A stretch of DNA of 64,000 bases from Geosiphon pyriformis uo1 (taxonomy: Eukaryota; Fungi; Glomeromycota), in assembly GCA_016748015.1 (NCBI GenBank), contig JAAOMT010000672.1, forward strand, positions 75,428 to 139,427, in the 5' to 3' direction. Under the pieces are notes generated by a model, which saw nothing but the letters and a program-made list of their open reading frames with translations, was not told the origin of the DNA and searched no databases. This document shows positions 1-11,640 of the stretch, piece after piece. Position numbers and translations under genes: made by a program. How positions within the stretch are numbered: position 1 is the stretch's first letter; each line of letters opens with the position of its first letter.

Positions 1-194
1 TCAGTGGCTACCAAAGGCAGCTTATCATAATTACTGGGTAGGGGGAAGGCTTCTAAAACGTTTTGCCTAGTTGCTTCTACAACAAAGAAAGCTCCTCTGG
101 TTGAAATTTTATTAGATATTTCAGGACAGATATCAGGTGCAGCTCTTTTACTCTTTGCTCTGGTCGTGGTTATAAAATTAAGGAGACAAAAAGT
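1..194 (-). mobile_element. 5' end of a LINE (21-nt leader plus start of ORF1), continuing off the left edge
   Basis: Minus strand reads (M>I)TTTRAKSKRAAPDICPEISNKISTRGAFFVVEATRQNVLEAFPLP. Colinear with 23570-23755, and homology of the two copies ends at the same AAAAGT. Confidence 0.75.
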
Positions 195-3100
195 AGATTT
201 TTTTTAAAACATATTTTAAAAAATATTTATACAGATCTTAAGATATAATTGTAAATTATGTTTTGTTTTGTTTGAATTATTATATAATCCAAATTACAAT
301 TTAATTAAAAATATTTGAGCTATTCTTAAATAAAATATTTAAAAAAAACATATTAAATATTAATTTTTTACATATATATTTTTTACATATATATTTATTA
401 AATATTAAAATTTAAACAGAAATTATTAAATATAAAAAAAATAAAAATTAAAAATTTTTTGTTATTACTTTTTAAAAAACTATAGATAATAATTTTGATC
501 TTAAAAAATATATTAAATATTTAAACAAAAACTATTTATTCAAAATTTTTTTGACAATAATTATTTTTTAAATATTATTAAAAATAATATTATTAAAAAA
601 CAAATAAAAAGTAATTTAAATTTCTAATTAATTAAAAATATATATAAATATTTATTAAATTAGATAAAAACTTCTTTATCTTTTATGTTAAAAATTCTTT
701 AAAGAGCATTTTTTTTGGAAAAAAAGTTTTTTGTCTTTGTTTTTCTAATTATATTACTTTTAATATTTCTTAAGCTAATAATTTTTTTGTAATAAACTTG
801 AAAGCAGTTTCAAGTAACAATATATTTAAAAAAAAAGCATCTAAAGAAGCTTTTTATAATTCTGTTAAAGGTATTTTCTCTTAAAAAAAGAAAGTTTTTG
901 TGAGTAATATTAAATACTTTAATGATAAAAAAATTTCTTTGATCAAACTTGGTCCTAATAATAATATATATTTGAATATAAATAGTGAATCCAGTAACAG
1001 TAAAATTAGTAATATGTTATTGGATACTAGTAATAGTTTTCTTCTTGATTTAACTGTAACAACTTCTAAAGCTAAAAAAATTAATACCAGTTTGAATTAT
1101 AGTTCTTTTATTAGTGTAATTAACTATAGAATAGATAAGAATAAAAGACCTTTCTTTTTTTTTATTAATATTTCTTTTGACAAAAAATGAATTAACTCTA
1201 AAATTGTGAAAACTCAGATTAAAATGATCATTAAAAAAATTTTTATATTGGATATTAGTTTCTTAGCAATAAAAAACAAATTAGCAATTATAAAAACTCA
1301 GATAATCAAAATTTTTTTTCAATAATTAATGGTTTTGAGAAGGTCACTACTCTTTCAAAATTTGAAAAAATTATTAAATTAATGTTTATATCAAAAAACA
1401 TAAAAAAGGCTATATTATTGGCCAGAAAAAAAAAATTATTGTAAACATTAATCTTAAAAAACAAGAATTTTGTTTAAATTGGGTTGTAATAATCAAAAAA
1501 ATTTTATAAATACACCAAAAAAAATAATTATTGCCACAGTATCTGAGTTTGATTAAATTGTGTTAATTCAATTATAACTAATTAGGCTATAGCAAAAAAC
1601 TATAGTAAAATTCACTAAATTGAGTTAAGCAAATAAATTGACAGTTAAATAGTTATTTTTTATCAGAAAAAATTCAATGTGAGTGGTTAAGATTGTAAAA
1701 AACTTTAATATATAAATGTTTAGAAATTAGTATAAAGCTTTTTTGTTTATATTTTGTTACTTATAGAAAAAAAATACAAGAAAAAATTAAGAAAATCAAA
1801 TAATAAAAATAAACTAATAAAAAAATAGTATTTAGCAAATAAGCATATTGTCAAAAAATTATAACACATTGTTAAAAAATTATGGCATATTGTTCAAAAA
1901 TATGTAAGATCTTATATAACAAAAATTATGTATATATAGTAAGAGTATTAAAAGCAGAAAAGACAAAACAGTAGCTAAAAATCAGTAATTATCCAATATT
2001 TTTTCCTTTAAAAGATAGTTTTCTATAACTTAACATGAAATTATACTCATATCAATAAAATTATTCATTATTATTCTATTTATATTATTAAATAGAAAGA
2101 ATATTTAAGTCAAAAATTTAATGTGTATATTAATTACAAAGGATTAACATCTATTTAAAAACAAAAATTTGAAAATAATTACTATATAAGATAAAAATAG
2201 AATTATCATTATTTAATTATATAGTACATTATAAAAAGAGAAAAAAAAAGATAATACTAATGGCTTGTCATAAATAAAACAAATTTAAAAGCATTTTAAT
2301 TCAAAAATATATCAAAAAAATAAACACAGAAAAATATCAACAACTTTAATATTGTATTAATACTCAATAGTTCAAGAAAAAATTATCTCAAAAAAAACAA
2401 AACACTATAAAACAACAATTAAAATACTTTATTACTTACCAAAATATATTATATTAAAAAAACAAAAAAGAGTTAAATTAGCTGCTTAGAGTAATTATGA
2501 AACCAGAAAAAAAAACAATACTATTTAACATGTACTTAAATCCAACAATAAGACATTTTCATAAAGAAATAATCATAAAAAAACCAAAAAAAAATATTAC
2601 TGGTCATTTATGTATTTAAATATTATCTAATATGTTCAAAATTATAATGCTTGTCAAAGAAAAAAAGAAATAAGACTCAGTAAACCATTAAAACTAATTA
2701 AAATAAAACAACTATTTAATTGAATTGGAATTAATTTAGTTAGATTATTAACAATAACAAACAAAAGCAATTGATACATAACAATAGCCATAAATTATTT
2801 TACAAAATAGTCAGAAGTCAAAGCAATTTAAAAAGCAGATACAAAGTTTAGAGCCAAATTTGTATATTAAGATTTAATTTATTAACATAAATGTTTAAAA
2901 AAATTGTTATTAAACCAAGAAACTTACTTTGTAAACAGAATATTAACAAAATTAAGTCAGAGATTTAAAATCAAAAGACCATTATTATTTTTATATTATC
3001 TACAAACTAATGACTTAATTGAAAAATTCAAAAGAATATTGTGTAAAGCAATAACCAAAATTAGCCAAAAAAACCAAACCAAATAAAATTTGTTTATATC

Positions 3101-3270
3101 ATCAGTATTATTTACTTATTAAATAATAAAACAAGATACTATACAAATAATATTATTTAAACTAGTCTATAATAAAACAACAACATTACTAATAAAGATA
3201 AAAATTAATACATATTCAACCAAACCAATAACAAAAGCCAACTTTCAAAAAACACTGCTAAGAAGAACAT

Positions 3271-4137
3271 TGTTACTCATAGAAATATAGAAAATATAGT
3301 AGCATAATTATTAGCCAATTAGAAGTAGACATAGTAAATATGAAATTCTAGAATTCTTCTCAAGAATTACAAGATTCCAAGAATTACAGGATTCTCACAC
3401 AAAAAATTGCAGGATTCCAGAATTCTAGAATTCCTTTCAAAAAAATCGCAGGATTCTAGGAATTCCAGGATTCTTGTCATGAAGAATCGAGGAATTGAGG
3501 AATCTTAATTATGTATATATAGCAGTAATATTAAAAGCTGAAAAGACAGACCTTTCAGTTTAGATTTAATCTAAGCAACCTTTCAGTTCCCAATTATCTA
3601 ATAAATAATTATTTTATATCTCAATCCACTCTTCGCTATCAACACTTCATGTTGATAGTAATTGATACTTAACTACACTGGAACAATAGCTCTTGATCAT
3701 GGCTATTGACGGGATACTAACTTACCAAATCATCTTGGCTTATTTTCTTTATTTCATTTTCTTTTCTTTTCTTTCTTCATGTTGTTTTGTTGTTGTATAT
3801 TAATTAATTAAGGATTAAAAGCGTTGAGTTATTGACATTACAGATAGTCTGGTAAAAGACCCAGAAATAAGGATAGAATTTTATATATTATCGGATAGCT
3901 TACCAGAAGGGCACAACTGCCAGACTAAATCCAGCCTCTATGCTGAGAAAGAAATTGGATGGAATTGCGATTCCGAAGACTATTACAAATACCATTGAAT
4001 CTCTGTCCATTATACAAAAGACTCCATCAAAACCTTCAAATACAATACTTTCAGAACATTATCAATGGAAATAACTTTTGAGCACCAAGTTATGAATTTA
4101 TTATTTGACTTGAGACTCTGAAAATTCAACCATAACA
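3271..4137 (+). repeat. 5' LTR of element B (867 bp)
   Basis: TGTTAC...ATAACA; GGAATT(C/G)CAGGATTCC-type repeats in U3, TATA-like TATATATA near 3514, AATAAA near 3600. Confidence 0.97.
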
Positions 4138-4139
4138 TT

Positions 4140-4157
4140 TGGTGCTTCCTGTAAGGT
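4140..4157 (+). promoter_or_regulatory. Primer-binding site of B
   Basis: TGGTGCTTCCTGTAAGG starts 2 nt after the LTR; element D has TGGTGCTCCCTGTGAG at 44557. It resembles the complement of eukaryotic tRNA-Ile(UAU) 3' ends (tRNA identity is inference). Confidence 0.85.
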
Positions 4158-4199
4158 ATAATCCTACAAAGAACCAGCATCAACAACACCAAACCAAAA

Positions 4200-6050
4200 G
4201 TGGCAGAATCAGAAATAATAGGGACAAACCATTTAGAATTTGCAAAATCCTTATTTCAACAGTACAGCCAACAGCTAGGCCTAAACAACAACTATTACCC
4301 AGCAGAATCAGCTTTCAACTTCTACATCAACAAAAGAATTACAAATTTCCTAAGAAGACCAGTTGATATTGAATCAGCAAAAGAAAATTTCTATTCAGAA
4401 CTAATCCAACACACCAACTTATCAAGAAATCACAGCTTTGCACTCATCATCAGAGAAATCAACCAAAAAATTGAAAGATATACACAAAGGACATTCCCTA
4501 TTACTTACCAGGACAAAGGCAAAGGAAAACTACAGACACCAGCAGTAACACCCAAAGGAATACAAATTCCTAACTGGAAGAAACAAAGAATTGAATCTCC
4601 GATATATTCATCATATCATCACACACCCGGAAGTACTATCAACATCACATCAGCAGACGTGTCCACCAGTACAAAGACGCTACTAGCAAGAATTGCATTT
4701 CAGAGTAAACAAAAGAAAAACAAATTATTAGGAGCATACAGCAATTATTTTAAAGGATTTAAATCGAGATCGCCAACACCATCAGAATTTTGATCACCAC
4801 CTTATCAGCCAGATTTCAGAACTGTCAGTTCCTGAGAAATTATTGAATCAGAAGAAAAAAAAGATGAGGATCAGGAATTTAATTACCAAAACCCAATTCT
4901 AGAAGACCTGAACATTTAAACTCAGCAACATTTAGAGAATTTGGAAATTGAAACTCTGAATATTCGAACCCCGCCAAATCAAAGAAATCAAAACCCCAAG
5001 TTAATTTATTAGCAAAACCTACCTCCAGTTATTGTTATTGATCAACCACTAATTGAGCCGATTGGTGAGCCAATTCAATCACCTCAAGTACTACCCCAAC
5101 AACCATTACCTCTTTAACAACCACTTTAACAGCCACTACAACCACTCAACTTAGATTCAATGGCCTATACACTAATCGCAAAACTTGACAACTTTACCAG
5201 CAAAGAAGACAACACTTAAGTATAGCTAAATGATGTAGAAAAGATCATCACAGCCAATAGATGGAATGATGACCAAGCAATGCAAACCATTTTCTACTTT
5301 CTCAAGAATACCGCCAATTTATGGTACCAGAGCTTGATTAATAAACCACAAGATTTCAATGCCTTCAAAGTGGAATTCCTAAGATACTTCAGCAACAATA
5401 ACAGCATCAATTGCCTAGTCAACATATTTACCACCATGAAACAAAGAGAAACTGAAGCAGTCACCACTTATCTGGAATGCTTCTATCAAAATCTGTGCCA
5501 AATTCAAGCAATTGATGCCAACTATTTCACAGCACCACAGATTCTTAACCAGTTTATCCATGGCCTGTGCAGTAGCATCTTGCAACATGTACATCTGTTG
5601 CATCCAGACACATTTCAAGACACAGTCACATGCACTAGAGATTTTGAATCCACTAAGTCAGAAGCCAATCATGCCCAAGCCATTAATTTAGTAATGAACA
5701 GATCATCTGAATTGGATTCCAAATTGGAGAAGTTTAATAAATCAATTAATAAAAGATTGGAAGAATACTTAGCTGACAATCACGTCATTTATCAGCCTTC
5801 ACAATAACACAATAATCAAGAAAACTCTAATCATGACCAAAATCAACCACATTCATCTTCATCGACCAATCAATAGTGGCAACTGGAAATGCATATCTGC
5901 CACTATTGTGGTAAACAAGAACATATTCAACTCGACTGCCATTAGTGTTTAAATAACCAATGATCGGAAAATTAATATTAAAACCCCAATTGCTGGTTCT
6001 CAACTCTAAATCATCAATCAAACTCAACACAATATTAACCTTTTCCCTAT
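4200..6050 (+). pseudogene. gag: gag of B (long N-terminal region, capsid-like domain, CCHC knuckle)
   Basis: Same-frame ORF pieces 4200-4793 and 5280-5807 (LKNTANLWY, EAVTTYLECF); knuckle CHYCGKQEHIQLDC at 5898-5939; premature stops. Confidence 0.85.
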
Positions 6051-6559
6051 CAATGATGCAGCAACCAATCTATCAACCATCAGTATATCAACCTCCAGTT
6101 TATCAAAACCCAACGATTTATTCACTGCAGCCACAAGTAATCTATCAGCCATCTCAAGTGATCTATCAACCCCAACCAATTCAAACACCATCCCAAAACT
6201 CAGCTACTATGACATCAGGAAATCCAAGACCTAGAATTACTCAAAACTGGAGATCAGCAATGGTAGTTCACCAACTAATCCCCAGTTTATCAAACCAGCA
6301 AATAGGATCTCGGCAGTGGAATTCGGGTACCAATACCACCCAAAACCCGAATTCTTAATACTATTTAAGTCTCCTGGTCACCCCAGAAGATGCTACATCC
6401 AATAACTTGAAATCCGACCAACAGACAACACTTATCAACAACATTCTACCAACAACTGTCACCAATGATAGATTATTAACAGCCATCTTCCCTTTTGAAC
6501 TTGAGAAGCCATCTCAATTACTGCTATTCAGTGGAGCCGCCCTCAAAGAGAAACCCATC

Positions 6560-6930
6560 ACAGTAATGTACACTAATGTGAAAGTAGATAGACACCCTAT
6601 CAAACTCATCCTTAATAGCGGTTTAGCAGACAGCATCATTACCAAGCAATTCATAGATCAATTAGGTCGCCGAGTTGATTGAGCTGCCAGCGCTAGAATT
6701 ATCACTGCAGATGGCACCATGAGAATGCCTATTGGCGAAATTGATGACTTCCCAATTGAAGTTAATGGCATCATCACCCCCATTAAGGTCTTGGTAATAG
6801 AAGCAACTTAATACTAAGCACTAGTTGGTAATGATTGGCTAGTCAAAACCAATGCTGTGCTTGACTGGACCACACAAAAATTCCAGCTCAGTCGAAATGA
6901 ACAACACACACAGGTACCAGCCATGTGTGG
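6560..6930 (+). pseudogene. Retropepsin-type aspartic protease of B
   Basis: IKLILNSGLADSII (degenerate D-S-G) and the downstream ALVGNDWL motif. Confidence 0.85.
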
Positions 6931-8173
6931 TCACTTTAAGACTACTAATTCGTTAGCACCACTAATCGACTTCAAAGAAAAAACAAAACCTATCTGGAAA
7001 GCCTACCAAGTCTTATGGGCCGACCCAGACCACAACAAACTGCTGCCAATACTCTCATGGAATGACAACCCCAAGAAAAAGCAAAAAGAGGAACTGACCT
7101 GGGAAACAGATGATTTAATCTGAACTGACAACGAACAGGAAGAACTATCGAATTGGGAGTGGAAAGAAGAAAAGGAAAAAGGGAAAAAGAGGGAGGAAGA
7201 AAACACTCAAGCTAACAACACTTATATTCCATACACCTACAGTCAACAACAATCATCGACCTATTGCCAACCCAAACTGATATGCATTGATTGCAGCAAG
7301 AAATTGTTATCAATGGGCGCATGCTGTGGTAACAATGAAGAATATCAGACAGCAACCAAGTTCTATTGCTGTGCATGCCTCGTCGAACATTTTGGAAAAC
7401 CAAAACAAGTGGAAAAATGAGATAATACACCATGTCTAGCCTGTGGAGAAACTCTCCTCAATGAAGGATTGTAGAATAACATTCCTGGGAGAAGAGGAAT
7501 GTGCGACGTTTCTTGTCAATACACAATTCTAATAAACGACTGGATAAAGAAAGGAACACCAATAGAAGCAGTCTGGAGAAGAGCCATACAGTGACTGAAC
7601 AGTTGTCTACATAACGACAACAAAATTTGGAGAATGGCAATCGCCAAAATAGAAAGAGTGACACCCAAAGAGATCAGAGAAATCAAAAACAACCCATCAG
7701 AACCCATTGAACTTGACTAGAATGCAGAGCCAGTCATAAATTTTTTAGAACCAGAAGAGTTCCATGAACACTACCAAAACTTGGCATCCATTAGAGAAGA
7801 GCAAGAACAGTGGCTAGCACAGTTAAATACAAGACTGTGTTGCCATTGTTTAATTCCCAGTGACTTTGAATATTGTGACGATTGTGACCTCATTTACAAT
7901 TCACCACTATGTATGATCTATATGATCCCTAAAGAGGAAGAACCAATTAGCAGCTGTGCATTAGAATCGGAATCACTGCTTGATCCCAATTCAAACCCTG
8001 ACAACAATGACGACAAGAATAACAGTTCCAGCTCCATTCAAAATGGCAATAATAATGACAACAATATCAACCCAGATTCAAACTCTGACTCAAACTATGA
8101 ACAATATATTGTGCTTTCTGACCTCACCAAGGAACAAGAACTGAAATGATTCAATGATAATAATGAAAGTATT

Positions 8174-8565
8174 ATGCCAGAATGCACGCATGATACTGAT
8201 ACAAAATTTGATCTGAGATATCTGGGAACAGAAGCCATCAAATTGGAACCACATACGTGCACCTGTATCAATTTGAAAATAGCACTGGAAATTCTAGCAA
8301 CAACAATAATTCAATTAGTATCTAGGAGTAGTTTAGCAAAAAGAGGGATTAATATAAGGGGAGGAATAATTGATATGGGATATATAGGAAATATCATCAC
8401 TATGCTACAAAATGACTCAAACAAGGCCTATATAATAGAGCCAAATGAAAAGATAGCACAGGCAATATTCTTACTTTTGGTTAAGATAGCTCAGTTAGTA
8501 CCAGTAAGAAATAGGGAAGAGTTAGGAATAACAGCAAGAGGAATATAGGGATTTGGGTCAATAAG
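8174..8565 (+). pseudogene. dUTPase domain of B
   Basis: Trimeric dUTPase motifs in order: FDL, SRSSLA, GIIDMGYIGNI, KIAQAIF, RGI*GFGS; same frame as PR and RT. Confidence 0.92.
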
Positions 8566-9089
8566 TAGAATAGATGTACCAGTTAATATGGCGGAGGAAA
8601 AAATTGTTGGCCAAGGAGAAATTATCTCAACTGGTCAAGCTATTTCCATTCCACCATATAGCCAGTACATGCTAGCAATAAAAAGGAAGGAAAAGGAGCA
8701 AGAACAGATTTTTGAAGCTGAAGCAAACCTTTGTGAATCAGGAGAGATTGGACTGATTAATCTTCACATACTAGCCAAAAGCTATAACTGCATAAAAATT
8801 CCCATCTATAACAACACTGGCAAAGTCATCAACATACCAAAAGAAACCACCATCGGATATTTAATCATAGAAATAGAAGACCTACCACCAAACCCTATTT
8901 CAGACTTTTTACAACTTTGTAGATATGTCGACATTACATCATAAACAATTTATAAATGAGATGAATGTTATTTGCTCCAATCAAAACAATTAAAACAAAT
9001 GAACATGAGAAATTTAGACCCACTACAATGTATGCAGCTCAAAATGTTACTCAACAATTTCAATGACATCTTTGCCAGCGAAAACAAAT

Positions 9090-10399
9090 TTGGCAGAACT
9101 GACATCATCTAACATCAAATTAAAACCGGAGATGCAATGCCAATCAAACAGCAAACATACAGGGTACCACCAGCCAGCCATGAAATCATTCGTCAAGAAA
9201 TTAATCGAATGCTTAACAATGGGCTAATCCAGCCATTTATGAGCCCATGGTCATCACCAGTAGTACTTGTCTATAAGAAGAATAAAAAAATTTGATTTTG
9301 TGTGGATTATAGAAAATTCAACAGTGTAACTCGTGGAGACAGCTACCTGACTCCACGAATCCAGGAATTATTTGATGCTTTTGGTGGAAACAAATGGTTC
9401 TCAACATTAGACTTGGATAGTGGTTACTGGCAAGTAGCCATAAATCCAGCTGACAAGAAGAAGATGGTATTTACTACTAGAAAAAAGAATTTCAAATTTG
9501 AAGTAATGCCCTTTGGCTTAACCAATGTCCCAGCCACTTTTTAACGGCTAATGAAAATTGTATATACTAGCTTATTGTAGAAATCAGTAGTTGTATACTT
9601 AGATAACACCAATGTATTCTCAAAAACATTTGATGATTATCTTTATTATCTTCAACAAGTGTTCGAAAGGCTAAGAAGAGCAGAACTAAAGTTAAATGCA
9701 ACAAAGTGTTTCTTTGACAAAACAGAACTAAAATTTTTAGGACACATAGTCAGTAAAGATGGCATCAAAACAGATCCAGAAAAAATAGAGATAGTAAAGA
9801 ACTTTCCAGTACCAACCAATGTGACTGAATTGAAATCATTCTTGGGATTCGCAAGCTATCATTGACACTTTATAAAGAACTTTTCAAAGATAGCTCAACC
9901 ACTCAATAATCTACAAATCAAAAATACAAAATATGAATGGACAGAAAGTCAACAAGAAGCTTTTAATATTCTGAAAAGAAAGCTCATTCAAGCTCCAGTA
10001 CTGATCTACTCAGATTACAACAAACCATTCATCATTACCACCAATGCATCAGGCCAAGCATTGGGAGCAGTATTATCACAGAAAAGACCAGATGGAAGAG
10101 AACATCCAGTAGCATATGCCAGCCGAGGTCTAACACCAGCCAAAAAGAACTATGGAACACCAAAACTAGAACATTTAGCAATCTATTGGGCAGTCATAAA
10201 GTGGAACAAATACTTGAGCCAAAAGTTTGATATATACACAGATCATAAAGGGTTAACATTACTTCAAAAGCAAGAATTTGATAACGGCTACCAATCCAGA
10301 TAAAAAATGGCACTCTCACGATATACTTATACTATACATTATAAGAAAGGAACAAACAATGGAAATGCTGACAGTTTGTCACAAATAAGACAAATTTAA
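9090..10399 (+). pseudogene. pol: Reverse transcriptase and RNase H of B
   Basis: SPWSSPVVLV, CVDYRKFN, LDLDSGYWQ, MPFGLTNVPATF, YLDN (from YLDD), FLGHIVS, PVAYASR, YTDHKGL, NADSLS. Confidence 0.95.
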
Positions 10400-11037
10400 A
10401 AACATTTCAAACCCAAAAATATAACAAAACCAGAACAATATCAACAAAAATACAACAAAAGATGAACATACAAAAATATCAACAAATTCAACATTATATA
10501 ACCATTCAACAGTTCAAGGAGAATTTATCTCAAATGGAATGAAAGAGTATCAAACAACAATCAAAATATTTTATCACTCACCAAAATATACTTTATCAGA
10601 AAAATAGAAGAGATCCAGATCAACCAACCAGAGTAATTACAGAGTCAGAAAAAGAGACAATATTATTCAACATGCACTTAAATCCAACAGCAGGACATTT
10701 TCACAAAGAAACAACTATGAAAAAAACCAGAAAAAGATACTATTGGTCATCAATGTATCCAGACATCATCTAATATGTTCAAAATTGTGATGCTTGTCAG
10801 CGAAAAGGAGGAACAAAACCCAGTAAACCATTAAGACCAATCAAAGTGGGACAATCATTTGACTGGATTGGAATTGATTTAGTTGGACCATTAACAATCA
10901 CCAGCAGAGGAAACAGATATATAGCAGTAGCCATGGACTATCTCACTAAATGGCCAGAGGTGAAAGCAATTCAAAAAGTGAATACAGAATCCATTGCCAA
11001 ATTTGTTCATCAAGATTTGATATGTCGACATGGATGT

Positions 11038-11640
11038 TGTTACGGTTTAAGAATTTAGCAAAAAGAATCATAAAAATAATACAAACTATTCAATCATAAT
11101 ATAGCACAGTAATAATCTTAGAAAGGTAATAATTAACATAGTAGCAAACACCATCTCGTGATAGTGGCAAGCACCAGTTCACAATAGCAGCCAACACCAA
11201 CTGGTGATAGCAGCAAGCACCAGGTTGAAATATCAAAAAGAAAGTATTTTCTCGTNNNNNNNNNNNNNNNNNNNNNNNNNNNNNNNNNNNNNNGTTGTTA
11301 CTAATTGATAAAAGCTTTATTGTGAGAATTAGAAAAGCGCTAAAGACCATTAACATTCTGTGTTTCTAGATTAGAGAAACACATCAGGCAATTGCAAAGA
11401 TAGCCTCAGAGAAGACCCCAGACAGTGGGTAGATTTCAGTTCAGCCTCTGAGAAGGAGTACATAAACACACACAACAATCAAGAATTAAAGAATAACTTA
11501 CATCACAACAGTAAAAAGAAAGCCTTCAGTGTAACAAGTGACATTATCACACAAATAGAATTGAGAAACTCACGAAAGACTGATTGCAATTAAAGCGGGA
11601 TATCAGCAATTAAATATAACAAAAAAACCATCCTGTAACA
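11038..11640. mobile_element. Element C: probable solo LTR of another family, spanning an assembly gap
   Basis: TGTTAC...GTAACA ends with exact TSD ATGT (11034-11037, 11641-11644). Removing it restores integrase CRHGC-LKELLSDQ. Confidence 0.85.
11256..11293. other. Assembly gap (38 N)
   Basis: Run of N. Confidence 1.

Noticed and set aside
3340-3510. Heat-shock elements in U3
   Set aside because: GAA/TTC spacing does not give three phased nGAAn units, and several GAA derive from GGA by mutation.
3845-3930. Hairpin ribozyme loop B look-alike (AGAAAYA...TATATTA)
   Set aside because: TATATTA is absent from the related LTRs A and D, and no loop A or substrate strand is evident.
6030-6060. Programmed -1 gag-pol frameshift
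   Set aside because: A frame change exists but there is no clear slippery heptamer or stimulator; a post-insertion indel in the TTTTCCC run is equally likely.
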